Source: Lama guanicoe (taxonomy: Eukaryota). Taken from it: 60,000 nt of DNA. Position 1 is the first letter of the stretch, and every line of letters starts with the position of its first letter. Below are positions 42,186 through 55,246 of this stretch, piece after piece. Below the pieces are notes generated by a model. That model saw nothing but the letters and a program-made list of their open reading frames with translations, made no database searches and was not told the origin of the DNA. The position numbers were made by a program, and so were the translations under genes. The stretch is from contig MU053431.1 in the NCBI GenBank assembly GCA_013239625.1, positions 1,392,485 to 1,452,484 on the forward strand, in the 5' to 3' direction.

Positions 42186-45100
42186 ATGCCTCTCTCTACG
42201 GCCCTTTAAAACCAAGATTCTCATGGACTATGTCCCTGTGACAGTTCTCTTTAGAACATTTAATTGTGCTGCACTGCTGTGTGTCAGAACTTTGTTTCTT
42301 GCAGTACATATAACTGATAGAGTTTCATTTTTTGTGAGTGTGAATGTTTATAAAACCAGTTTATTTCTGCTAAAATAAAGGAGTAATTCTCCATCTGGTT
42401 GAGATTTTGCCAAAATACCTCACCTGCTGCTGGTTCCTTGGTTCTTAGTGAAGTCCTTGAAGCTCATTGTTTGAGAAGGGTGAGCTGGTGGAGCAGGGGT
42501 GATGACGGATGGACAGCTGTGCAGTTTGAAACGTGAGGTTGTAGTTCTGAAACCAGTTCTGAGCGAACTTAATGCAGTAAAGCTTACAGCCGTCAAGCGT
42601 GCGTTTAGGGCATCCCCTTCTCCTCCCAAGTGCATCCCGAGTGGTCAGGCTCTTGGTTAACGTTTTGATGAACAGTGTTATTTCAATGTTTAAGTGCCGT
42701 CTGTCCTCCGTGCTGGGGCCTCTTATTCACGCCCTTCAGGAAATGCTAGCAAATAAGTCTTGGATATGTCCTTACAATTGGCTGGACCTTTAAAATCTTG
42801 TTACATTCAGCTAATTACAAAAGTGACATTTCTTTTTTTGGTGGGGAAGTTTTTGAAACATTTTATGTACTCTTACACTGCCTTCAGACAGGGAGTTAGC
42901 TGTCTGTTGCAAACAATTTCTTTGGTACTCCTGTGAAAAGCCAAGGCCCCCTCCTTGCCTAGGACTTTGGCTGAGGCGGACGTGAGGTGGGCAGGGCTTG
43001 TGTCTTTGAGCGAAAGCAGCGGTGAGGGTCCTGAGGTGACCCGTGTGTCCCACTGTGGAGTTTACAGATCTTTCTGGAGGTGGCCTGGGGCTCTCGGGTT
43101 CTGGCCCCGGTCTCTCTACCTTTGATGGGAGGAAAGTTACTTGTCTGCTCCTGCCTCCAGGGTCTTGGCCTGTAAAATGAGTTATGATGAGGAATATATG
43201 TGAAAAGGTAGTGGAGAGCGTGCGGTACTGTAATAGGTGCTCAGGACACCGTCAGACCTGACCTGAGAGCACTGAAATTGACCCCACCTGACCATGTCGC
43301 AGACGCACGTGGTGTCGAAGAGCAGCCGAGGGAGTCTTTGGTAGGTGGGTCGCAGTTCTCTAGAAGTGAGCTGCAATAACGCTGTTAAGTTGTGACTCCT
43401 CAAGGGAGCTGGTGTTTATAAAAAGACCCTTGGCCCAGAGGGGACCCGCTGGGCCTCAGCTGAGGGTTTAGGACGACAGGCCGACCGTGGGGCGGGGTTT
43501 AGTGCTGGAGCTCGGTACACTTTAAGGGTGATTTATTGAGATTGAAGGGAAGTTAGTATTTGAACGTGACGGATTATTTACAAATACTTAAATTCTGAGA
43601 ATTTTTAGTATTTTAGGTTCTAGCTTGGCACTCTAAGTGCAGTTTCCATGCACAGTGATTAAGTTGTGTCTCTGCTGCACGTTTACCTCGTCTGAGTGTT
43701 TTTGCTGACAAAGACCCGGCGTGTGTCGCCGCCGGGTCGCCGCTGGTTGGAAGTGTCGTGTGGACGTCGGCCCGGCCCTGCAGCTCTCTGTCGCGCGCCC
43801 GTGATGAGATGGTCACTCCGACGTGTCCACAAGCTTTGTGGTGCTTATTTCCTTTTCTTTCCAAATTCAGAGAAGAGCTCAGGGTCACTTGGCAGAATTT
43901 TGAAGCATCCCCGTCTTTCCACGGAATCTCCTGCAGGTAGAAGCGCCGTCTGGCCCGTGGCGCAAGCGGGGCCCATGGTTGGGCAGCGTGGAGGCCTGGG
44001 AATGCTGCCTCGCATTTGCGCATCTCTCTCTGCTTTCTCTCTTCATCGGCGGGGACACTTGCAGGATTTACCTGAGACACAAACTCCAGTGTCAGTGCTG
44101 GCAGGGGGCCCCGAGCCGGGGGCTGGGTGGGGGCCGCACGCGGCTGAGGGCTGCGGGCCGGCACGCTCTCCTGGACGTCAGCCCCGGGTCTCCCCGCACC
44201 CCCGGGTGCTGGGGTCACCTCAGCTGTGGCGGTGGTCTGCGTGGCTCTGGCTCGGACAGGCCCGTCTGACCTCTGGGCTGGTCCCTGTACCAGAGGAGCT
44301 GGACCCCCCGCCCCCACAGGGCCCAGAGGAGCGCTTGTTCCGGGCTGGTGCGGGGAGCCTGGGGGGCCCGGTGTGAGGAGAGTCTGTCGGGAAGTCGTGC
44401 TGAGCCCAGATTCTGCACAGGACAGTGGCGGCCGTGGGGGCGGAGCTGTGTTTCCCTGAAAGAGGGAGAGGCCGACCGAGAGAAAAGAGCAGCTGTGACC
44501 TGGTGCCAGTGCCCTCGTGCCTGGCTGGGCAGTGACTTCCACTGTTGTCCTAAGACCAGGGCAAGCATATGATTTGATGGCCCAACTGGGAACTTGGGAG
44601 AGTGGGAAGGAGCACCGCGAAGAACCCAGTCATGGCAGACGTGACCCGGGGCCCGGGGCCACCTTATTAGGCGCCATGGAGGAGGGGTAGGACCAGAGCC
44701 GTCTTGTCCTGATGCAGACAGGTCAGGCACCAAGTGCCCCTGTTCCCGAGAGACCCTGACCACGGGGACGTCCCAGCACTGGCGGGAGTGGGCAGGTCTC
44801 CGGGAGGGAGGAGGTCGGGGGTCTCCCGGGCCCGTGCAGCTCCCGGCACAGCCTTAGGGTCTGTGTCTGAGCTGGTGCACTTTGGGCTGAACACGGAGGT
44901 ATCTCTGGGTGTTAGGGTGTTTGAACCTGGCTTCTCACCAGAAGTACCTGTGGAACTTTGTAGAAAGTGTGGGTTTGAGGCCTGGCCTCAGGTCTCCTGG
45001 ACCCAGGCTCCTGCGGGCCCCGGGCTGTGTGCAGTGCGCTCCCATGAGTCCCATGTGGCTGGTGTGCTTGCCGGAGCTTGGGACCCACTGCGGGTTGTAA

Positions 45101-48100
45101 CCTATTTTGGATCAAGGACCCCTGGTAGAGAACTGAATGAAGAGTCTGAGTCATCTTCCTGAGGACAAAAATGAACAGCAATAGAGTTTTGCAATTTTCT
45201 CCTTTTTAGGGTTATGGTGTAGAAATGTGTGGATTTCCCTGACCTTGGTTTAAGCACCCACACTCCTTAGTGCTCAGGAAGTGTGGCTGGGAGTGACGCC
45301 GGCATGATGAATTTGTCAGCAGGTAAAACCGGTTAGGAGCCTGGGCAGGTGGCACTTGGGCAAGAGGCGGTGGGGAGGAGGCAAGCAGGAGAAGGGGCGA
45401 GGACGTCAGCCTGGATGCGGCGCAGTGGAGACGGCATCTGAAGCATCCTGCCCCACCATGCATGTGCCGTCATCGGCGGGGCCGCCCGGGTTCTCCAGCT
45501 GCCACACCGTCCCAGCCCTTGGTCCTACTTGTCAGAGATGGACATGCCGCAGGGAGGGACCCATGGATGTCTGATTTCTCTGGCATGGCTGCCGCTCTGT
45601 GGTTTTCTGGGAACACGGCCCTGTGGAGTGTGGACGGAGCCCACCCTCCTGATCTAGAACTTTCTCCCCCTACCCTCGGACTGCATTTAAACTGCTCCAC
45701 TTTACTCCCTGTTACAGAAAGAGGAGGGTGATGCAAACAAACGTGTTTGCCCAGAAGAGCATCCCTTCGCCTCGGCCCTCCGCTGGATTCCAGAGCTCCT
45801 CCCAGCACGGGGTGTGTTTTGGGTCTCACCGTTGCGTCGTGGGCACTGTGGTGCAGGGGAGGCACGGGACCCGAGGGACCGTGTTGTGGATGGGGTCGGG
45901 GTCTGGGACGGGGCTCTAGGCTCCTGCTTGCGGAGCCCCAGAAGGAAGTGTGGCTCCAGCGGCCACTCCCGTGGCCGGGCTGGTTTGCCCTGTGCCTGCC
46001 CTTCTGGGCCGCCCTGTCGGGGTGGGGAATGGTAAACAGTGGGCGACTAGTGTGGCTGTTTACATAGCAGGAGAGGTTCATTTACCTACCTCAAGTCTGG
46101 AAACTCAGTTTCTTGCCTGAACCCCAAGCCAAACCGGCCAGTTCGCATGCTGACAGGTAAGCCTGCTCGCTGGCGAGGATGGGGCAGGGGGCTTCTCAGG
46201 CTGGGCCTCCTGGGGGCCCACGCCGACACGCAGCCCTCAGTGAGGACCCTTTCAGGCCCCTGCGGCATCGGGCAGCCCTGCAGACGGCCGAGCCCGGTAA
46301 AGCTGCATAGACAGAAAACGCACACCTGCCTGTTCTGCCCTCAGAGCGGCTCTGATGGGGCCTCAGGCGCGACTGGACGGGACCAGATTTCTCTCGAGTC
46401 TAAGGAACCAGTGTCCCAGAGGCCACTCTCGCCCCCACCCCCGGCCACCGGGACACGCGTGTGAACGGCTGCCCTGCGGGGCAGGCACCTAGAAGGCGTG
46501 CACAAGGCTTTGTTGCGGATGGAGTTGGGGGTGTTCATTTGGTTCGCCCGCTAGGCATTTACAGTTACAGGAATGCGAAGGCCGGACCTTTCCTCAGCAA
46601 TTGGCAAGACACACATTTCAGTGAGTGCAAGTCAGGAGAACCAGGTGGTTTTAGAAATAAGAATAGAGAGTGGGTTTGGCCTGACGTGTGCTTGGGCCCC
46701 CGGTTGGTCTGTGGAAGGCCGGCTCTGCCTGCTCTGCCTGTGGCTGCCTCCCTCCGTTTGGGGGGCCCCTGGAGCTTCCTAGAGCCCCTCGGGTGTCCCC
46801 GCCCAGTGGGGCCCTAGAGCACCCTGTCTGGGGTGGACGCCACCCACCACCTGGTCCGCGTAAGTGGAGGAATTCAGCCAGTCAGCACTGCAGCGCCAGC
46901 CTCCGCGGAAGCCGCGCTGCGAGTGATCCGAGCCACCTGTGGCCTGGGGCCTCTGCAGGTTAGAGTGCTTCCAGCGTGGCTCGGGGTTCTGCAGTGCGAC
47001 TCTCAAATCTGACTTTGGAAACAGACTCAACTTTTTTTTTTTTTTAAAAAAAACAAGAAGCTGGGCTCTTTCCCCGAGTAAGACAAGGATCTTGAGGCCT
47101 CTAGGTGGCAGGTGGGCTCCCTTGGCTAAGCAGGGGTCTCAAGACAAAAACACTGAAAAATCGGTGACCACAAAGACATTGTGGCCAGGAAGCGCCGTCC
47201 ATCCATGGTGGCACTGTGGTGCGGAGTTGGGTGCGGCCTCCAGGATGCCCCAGGACTGGTGGGCCCGGGCCTCCCGCCTTTCTCGGGGAGCTCTGTCCGC
47301 CCTTCTCTCCAGCCGGCTTTGCCCCAGGGTGTAGTCCCATCACCCAGCCGCCTCGGTTTCACTTTCCCCATTAAATGTGCCCGTCCCATCCCTCGGTTCT
47401 TCAATTCCTCCTGATACCAGTGGTTTTCACACTCACAAGTGACGTGATTCCACGTTCTTGGTGGGCACTGCGGGGAACAGCTGTGTGCTCCAGTAACGTT
47501 TAAGCATCTCTGTCCCGTCTTTCTGGGATCTGACAGGCCCCTCTGGGGATGAGGCCGGATTGGACCCTGCCAGGCTGCTCCCAGGGAAGAAGAGCCCTGT
47601 GGGGGAGTGGCAGTGCCTTGCGTTTGTTCCGTCGCTGGCTGGCCTTGTGCCCACCGCTGCTGTGCTGCCGTCGCCGTGTGCGCACTTGTCTGTTTCTGGG
47701 AAGGGTTTGGCCTTGACTTTAAGAGCTGCGGGGCAGTGAGAGCCTGGCGGATGGACTGTGCTGTTGAGGGGTGCAGGGGGTTGGGGGAGTGTGGTGGCTT
47801 CTGTTTCTGACTTGTGTCTGACAGAAACCCAGTTTCATGCGTCCGGTGGCTTGAGAAGGTGTCCAGACAGTGTCGCCTGCCTCTGGGCCGAGGCCCTCAG
47901 CAGGTCTCACCTGCAGTGCCCGTGGGGCGCCTGCTCCCTGGGGAGGGGGCGGGACCAGGCCTCGTGGCGTCTTCTCTCTGTGGGTTTCCTGGCTGGTTCT
48001 TCCCCATCCCCTCCCTCAGTTTCCCAACCCGCCTCGCCCCCTGGGCGGCTGCCCTCGTAGCTCTGCGGTCCTGGTCTCCCTCGGCCACCTCGCCCTTGCT

Positions 48101-48294
48101 GGTGGGAGCGAGCTGGAACGTTGATGCTGCTTTCCTTCACCTGGCAGGGGGCGAAGCACCGCCGAGGCTGGGGTGTCGTGTGGGTTTGGGGCCGGGGGAG
48201 CTTGTCCTCTCCGGCCAGTGACGGCGAGTTTGGCACCAGCACACTGAGCTCCGTGCGCAGCTGTTTGTTTCTTATTTGTCCTACTTGCTGATGT

Positions 48295-51200
48295 AATTTT
48301 TTCTAATTTTAAAAATTGTGGTAAAATACATGTAACATGAAGTTTGCCGTCTTGACCATTTTAAGCGCGCAGTTCAGTGGTAGTCTACACGTTTGTCCGC
48401 CCCTGTAGCCCCTTCCACCTGGTGAAGCGGAAGCCTTTGCCGTGAAACACCGAGTGCCCGAGTCCCCTCCTTCCGCCCCGACACCGCCGTCTGCTCTCGG
48501 TGTCTGCGAATGTGGCTTCTCCAGGGACTGAATGTAAGTGGAGTCGCACAGTATTTGTCTTTTTGTATCTGACTTATTTCATTGGTCATGATATCCTCAA
48601 GGTTCATCTGTGCGAGTAACAGGATTTCCTTCTGTTTTAAGGCTGGATAACATTCTACTGTATGTCTGGACCACATTTTGCTCATGTGTTTTTCTACGGA
48701 TGGACACTTGGGTTGCTTCCAAGTTTTAAGCTCTTGTGAACGATGCTGCCGTGAACATGGGTATATAAATGTCTCTTCGAGACCTTGCTTTTGGTTCTTT
48801 TGGGTAGATACCCAGAAGTGGAATTGCTGGATCATATGGTAATTCTGTTTTTAATTTTTTGATGATCCGCCATACCATTTGCCACAGCGGCTGTGCCGTT
48901 TGACCTTCTTACCAGAGGTGCCCAGGGGTTCCTGTTTCTCTGCATCCTCACCCAGACTTCTTACTTTCTGTTCTCTTGACAGCAGCCATCCTGATGGGTG
49001 TGAGGTGGTCTCTCATGATAGTTTTGCTCTGCAGCTCCCTGGTGATGAGTGAGTTGAGCATCTTTTCATGTGCTTATTGGCCGTTGGTTTATCTTCTCTG
49101 CTGAAACGTTTGTTCAAGTCTTTTGCCCATTTTTGAATCAGGTTGGTTTTTTTCTAATAATTGAGTTTTTGGAGTTCTCTATATATTCAGAATATTAATC
49201 TTGTATGTATGTAATGTATGATTTGCAAATATTTTCTCCCATTCTGAGGTTGCCTTTGTACTCTGTGGATAGTGTCGGAGGCACAAATTTTGAAAATTTT
49301 CATGAAGCTCAATTTTTCTAACTTTCTTTAATTACCTCTGCTTTTAGTGTCTTATCCAGTGAACCACTGCCAAGTCCAGAGTTGTGAACGCTTGCCCTGT
49401 GTTTTCTTCTAAGAGTTATATAGTTTTAAGTCTTACATTTAGGTCCTTGATCCATTCTGAGTTAGTTTTTATATGTGCTGTCAGATAGGACCCAGCTTCT
49501 TTCTTTTGCACCCGGATATCCAGTTTCCCAGCCCCACTTGTTGAAAAGACAGTCCTTTCCTTCTTGAATGGCCTGGGCACCCTTCTGAAAAGTCACTTGC
49601 CCGTACATGTGGGAGCTGACTTCTGGGCTCTCTGGGCTGCCTGTCTGTCTGTGTGCCTGCGCCGCACTCTCTGATCGCTGTAGGTTTGTGGTAAGTTTTG
49701 AAATCAGGGAGTGGGAGTCTTCTGGCCTTGTTCTCCTTTTCTCAAGATTGTTTTGCCCCTTCCAGGGCCGTTGAGAGTCCATGTGAATTTTAGAATGGGG
49801 TGTTCTGTCTATGCAAAAAGCACCTTTGGGGCTTTGATGGGGATCGTATTGAATCTGTAGATTGCTTAGAGCAGTACTGACATCTTCATATTCAGTCTTC
49901 CAACCTATGAACCTGGGGTGTGTTTCCCTTGCTTATGTCTTCTTTGGTTTCTTCCAGTAATGTCTTACGGTTTCCAGTCTTTCACCACCTCGGTTAATCC
50001 CTAAGTATTTTATTCTTTTAGATGTTGTTGTGAGTGGAATTGTTTGGAATCCCCTCTTCAGGTTGCTCGTTGTTAGTGCATGGAAACGCGGCTGCTTTCT
50101 GCGTCTCATGTTTGCGTCCTGCTGCCTTGCTGAGTTTGTTTATTCTAATGTTTTCTCTTTTTTTGGTGGAATCTTTAAGGTTTTCTCTGCATAAGATCTT
50201 ATCATCTGCAAACACAGGTTTACTTCTTTCTTTCCGAATTAGGTGACTCTTATTTCTTTTTCTTGCCCAGTCGTTCAGGCTGGAACTTGCAGTGCTACAA
50301 TGCATAGAGCTGAAGAAAGCGGGCATCCTCGCCGTGTTCCTCATTTCAGAGGAAAAGCTTTGCTGCTGGTTTTTCGTCTGTGGCTTTTGTTATGTTGGGT
50401 GGCCCTTCTACTACTAATTTGTCAAATGTTTCTATCACGAAAAGGCGTTGAATTTTGTCAAACGACTTTTCCGCGTCCCCTGAAATGCCCCTGTGGTTTT
50501 GATCTGTTGTGCCAACTGAGTTTCATACGTTGAGTCATCTTTGCGTTCCAGCAGTAAGCCCCGTCTGGTCATGGCGTGTGAATCCTCGTAGTGCGCTGCT
50601 GAGTGTGTTCAGTGTGTTTAGTTTGCTAGTGTTTTGTTGAGGGCTTTCTGCACCTGTGTCCGTGAGGGGGGCTGGTTTGTAGTTTCCTTTTCTTGTAATG
50701 TCGGCGTCTGGCCTTGGTGTCAGGACTGCAGTGGCCCCATTGAGTGAGTGAGGGAGTGTTTGTTTACTGTTCTTCGATTTTCTGGAAAAGTCTGAGGAGA
50801 ACTGGTGTTTGTTTGTCCGTGATTGGTAGAATTCACCAGCGAAGCCACTGGGTCCAGGACTCTTCTTTGTTGCGAGGTTTCTGATTACTGATTGGGCCGT
50901 TCGGATAGAATTCTGTTTCTCTGTGGCTTAGTCTGGCGGGTTTCGTGTCTCTGGGAGTTTGTCCATGCCACCTAGGTTATCCAGCTTTGGGGGTTGTACT
51001 TATAGTCCTTTTCATTTCAGCTGAATCAGTAGTAATGTCTCCACTTTCATTTATAATTTTAACTTTTGAATATTCTCTTTTTTTCTTAGTCCATCTGCCT
51101 GCTGCTGGTCTTTGCAGAGAACCGACTTTCGGGTTCATTGATCTTGCCTGCTTTTCCATCCGTGTGCCTGCCTGCCTTCTGCTGGCTTTGGTGTTTGTTC

Positions 51201-51690
51201 TTCTTCCCCGCTTCCTTCAGTTGTAGGGTCAGGTTGTTGAGTGAGATCTGTCTTATTTTTTAATGTAAGCACTGGTAGCTGTAAATTTTCCCCTTGGCAC
51301 TGCTGTCACTGCATCCCGTGCATTTTGGTGTGGTGTGTTTTTATTGTCGTCTGTTTCTAAGGGTTTCCTGATTCCCCTTGTAATTCTTTTCTTTGCTCTG
51401 TTGGTTGTTGAAGAGCGTGTTATTTACTTCCCACAACTTTGTGAGTTTTCCAGTTTTCCTTCTTTTATTGATCTCTGACTCACTCCTTTGTGGTCAGAGA
51501 AGATGCTTTGTGTGACGTCTGGCTCTTCAGATGTCTTGAGGTATAATCTGTGGCCTCGCACGGGGCCTGTCCTGGAGAAGGTCCCACGTGCGCTTGAAGG
51601 AAGCGTGCCCTGTCGTGGGGCGGTGTGCTCCGTGCGCGTCTGTCAGACCTGCTTGGCTGATGGTGTTTCTCGAGTCCTCCGTTGCTTTAC
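48295..51690 (-). mobile_element. About 3.4-kb 5'-truncated LINE-1 (L1MB-like), antisense in OSBPL2 intron 1, with degraded ORF2 and 3'UTR
   Basis: Minus-strand ORF fragments are L1 ORF2-like (KIINESGDITTDSAEMKR, FADDKIL at the RT motif, YGQVTFQKGA..LFNKWGWE, KTWKQPKCPS); L1MB-type 3' end near 48300-48370. Confidence 0.9.
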
Positions 51691-52749
51691 TTCTGTCTGG
51701 TTGACACTTGTTAATGTATATTTAAATTACTATTTATTTGTATTATTTTGAGCAGTTTATATTCAGAGTTGATATTTAACTGCAAAAGTGATTCCAGAAT
51801 TTCCATATTCTGTACGTGGTGAAGACCCTGTCTAGGTCGCCATGCCCATTTGTTATAAAAAGGGAAATAACGTGCAATGCGACTCTCGAGTGAGTTGGCC
51901 CTGGAGATGAAGCTCCGGTCCCTTAGCCAGTCCTTGCTCCTAAGTGAGTAGGCCAGTTTTTCCCAGAAAACGTAAAGATGGGTTTGTCAGAATTGAGTGC
52001 AAACACTCGTGTAGGTGCTGCTGGGATGTTCGGTGTTTCGAGCTGCGTCCTGGAAGTATGGGACAGCAGTCGGAGTGGGCATCTTGAAGGGGGCAGGATG
52101 GGGCTCTGGGCGGGGCGGGCAGGCACCTTGTGTGGAACTGGAAGCGATGGGGGGGGCGTCCTGGGCTGGTGTCTCCCGAGGAGGCTGGGAGGGAGCACTC
52201 CCTGCAGTTGGACGGGGGACCCCCGCACAGGGGTGGGGTCGGGGGTGAGCCCCTGCCTGCCCGCCCCTCCCTCCTTCAGCAGCCCAGGCCTGGCATTCGT
52301 TCCCGTTGGACAGACGAGATCACTGTTGCTCTGTGTTGATGCTCTGCAGTGGTGGGTGGTTTTACTCCAAAATGAAGAGTGCGTGTGGCAGCTGAGGCGA
52401 CCCCCCAGGAATCACCTGCCGGCCGTGTGCAGCTCACCCGGAGCCTGCGGGCGCGCAGTCTGGCGGCTGCCGTGGGGGTTTTGGCCTCGACCTCGGGGCG
52501 CGGGGGGCGTGAAGGGCGCGGCCTCCCCGAACGGGGCTCAGGCGCTCGGTGGGGGCCCGGGCAGCGACGCCAGGGCCGCGTCCGGGTCGCGGTCCCACTT
52601 GTCAGCCAAGTCTGTCTTCAGTGTTGGTCCAGCCCGACATCTTACACCCTCATTTTAGAGACTTACTGTGTGTCTTGATTCATTTACTTTTCACGGCAGT
52701 GTTTTTGTCGTGGGTGAGGACAGGTATGAGGAAGGAAAATACTGTGACT

Positions 52750-53900
52750 TTTAACACGCCTTTCATTGTGGGGGATCTTAAACGTACAGAAAAGCGGGTG
52801 GAATAGCGCACTGGTCCCTGCGAGCCCATTTCCAGCCTCACCCATTCACCAGCTCGTGGCCCGGCTCATCCCGCGAGTCGCCCTGTCACCCTCCGCAGTC
52901 ACTGTGAGGAGAATCCTGGCCGCGGCACTGCCTCCCCGTGCGTATTCCAGCGTGTAGCTCTGAAAGGTGAGGGCTCTTCTGAAAAACACAGTTAGGACAC
53001 ACAGTAAATTGCAGGTGTTCAAAGTGTGAGTTTGGACATGTGCGCATCCACAGAAATGATGGGATGTCCCTTCTCCTCCGTTGTGCTGCTTCCTTCCTCA
53101 TTTATTTCTTGAAGAACCCAGGTCTTGTCCTGTCTCATGTTGCTGATTGTTCCCCCAGGGGCAGTTGGACATGAGTTAACATGACCTGGGCACCCCCGCG
53201 GGACTACCAGCTCCTCCAGCCTCGTGACCTACCCCCACCCCCCGCCATGTGCTCTTTCTCCTTTGTGACTTAGTGGTTGAAGACACTGGGTTTTGCCCTG
53301 TAGACTTTCCCAGGGTCCTGTCTTGTCAGCATGTCCCAGTGGTAGAGTTGAACACATTCCTCTGTCCTCTGTGTTCCTTGAGCTGGGGTTCCAGTTGGCG
53401 GAGGGCCAGATTGTGGCTTGCTTTTCTGGGCAGGACCCCTTCGGAGGAGGTGGGCTGCACCCCCCCCCCCGCCTGGCACACAGAGTGCACCCGGGTCTTG
53501 TGGTGGCACAGCCAAGGGTGGTGGGTGCCCAGATGCGGAACTTGGTCAGTGCTGTGCACTGCAACCCGCATGCTCCCTGGTTCCTGCATCGGTGGGCAGG
53601 ATGGTTTTATAAGGCAGCCCGCCCGCCTCCGCTCCGTGGCCTGTACAGAGACCTGCACAGAAAGGCAGCTTGAAGGCGTGATGCATTCCTGTTGTATCTA
53701 GGTTTCCAAAAGAGTGTGTTGGCATCGTCCATTGGTGACCAGTTAATTTTTTTCCACATCTCTGAACTCAGGGACTTAAGCATGTGGGACATTTGGTCCC
53801 TGGCAGGTTGTGGTGCTCAGATAGGTTGCAGTGGGAGCCTCTGTAGGTTCGTCTCAGCCTTTTGCCCTGACACTGGTGGTCCTGACAGCTTCCTGCTGCC
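52750..53900 (-). mobile_element. Ancient L1MC/L1ME-like 3' fragments
   Basis: AAACGTACAGAAAAG..GAATAG..CCAGC..CTCGTGGCC and TTGAAGA..CTGTAGA..TTGAACACATTCCTCTGTCC motifs; boundaries uncertain. Confidence 0.45.
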
Positions 53901-55080
53901 TCGAGGGGGGGTCCCAGCCCTGGATTCAGCCTTTCTCCTCCAGGGAGCCCTGGTTCCTTTCGGGGGCTTCTAGAGGCAAAGTGTGTAGCTGGATGTTGTA
54001 GATGGGACCTGTCGTGTCAGAGAGGACTCAGACGTAAGTAATAACACCTTCTTTAATTTGCAAAAAGAAAAGAATAGAAAAACCCAAAGCAAAAAACCCA
54101 AGCTGAGGACTAGGAAATGAGACTTTGTACGGCGCGCCCAGAGGCTGCGTGTGTGTCTGGCTCTGCTGGGCTGGCTGAGGAGGTGGGGGAGACGGGGAAC
54201 TCGGAGAGCCTTCCCAGGGAGGAGGAGCGGTGTCACCGAGTGCCAGTTGTCGTGTGATGGAGACGGGGCCACGTGCTCAGGACGGAGCCCAGAGACAGCG
54301 ATGTGCAGGCGTCACCGAGCACCATGCGGCCACTCCGAGGACAGGGCACATGCCCCTCGGGGCCGCCTGCTCCTCACTGCCCTCCGAAGGGCGTGGAGAG
54401 CTCTGGCCCCCTTGATACGTCGCTCACACAATTAAGTATCATAAAAAGACCTTTTGGGACAAGGTGACCTTTTGCTTCAATCTCTTGCCATTTCTGAACT
54501 ATTGCTCTTCGTGGTGGGAGGAGTTCCTATGCATGAGTTCTACTAAAATACTGAGCTAAAATAATTTTGAGAAAATTTGAGTTGATTACAGTTTATGCTG
54601 TAACAGCTAACTTACACAGCGGTCCTAATTCTCTAGGGTTGAAAATTGGTTTAAGGTCTATGTGAAATAAGTGTTTTAACATAAATTTGCATTTATTAGT
54701 AACCACTTGTTCCAGCTTCTGGTAGATTTGCAGTGACCTTCAGCAAAAGCTCCTGAGGAGTGCGGGGGCCCCGGCGTGTGGACGCCGCCCTGTGGCTCAG
54801 CCGCCTCTTGAGCCACCCATGCGACTCCCCAGATGGGTCGTACCGTCGTTTTGTTCCGCTGTGGACAGTGGCCCTTTAGACGACGGTGGTGTGTTGACCG
54901 CTGCTCGCTGATGGACACAAATATCGCGCCTGTTTCCTCTCATAGGAGAGCATTCATTTCACCTCTTTGCTCGGGTGTAATCGAGATTGACTTCAGAAAT
55001 GGTGAATGAGTATTTTTAAATATTTCGAATCTGTAAAACTTCTGAAAGTTAATTACACCAGAATGTCTTTCCTCTCATAG

Positions 55081-55209
55081 GTCTCCAGTGCCCATCGGAT
55101 TTTTACCCTCAAAATAGCGCGACGTTTCTCGTACTATTGACGTAGGTCCAGTACAATGATTCAGTAGACGCCCACGGATCAGGCGGCGGGGGAGCCTGGC
55201 TGCTGAAGG
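55081..55209 (+). other. OSBPL2: OSBPL2 exon 2, 5'UTR part
   Basis: Acceptor CTTTCCTCTCATAG| at 55080, contiguous with the start codon at 55210. Confidence 0.75.
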
Positions 55210-55246
55210 ATGAACGGTGAGGAGGAATTCTTTGACGCCGTCACAG
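55210..55246 (+). CDS. OSBPL2: OSBPL2 (ORP2) first coding exon, MNGEEEFFDAVT, containing the FFAT motif EFFDAV
   Basis: ATG at 55210, donor CAG|GTGAGT at 55246/55247; matches the ORP2 N-terminus. Confidence 0.93.

Noticed and set aside
43613..44542. 309-aa ORF antisense within OSBPL2 intron 1
   Set aside because: No homology cues or splice support; overlapping ORFs in several frames indicate a compositional artefact.
49462..51159. Reverse-transcriptase-like ORFs as an active or domesticated gene
   Set aside because: Fragmented by stops and frameshifts within a decayed, 5'-truncated L1.
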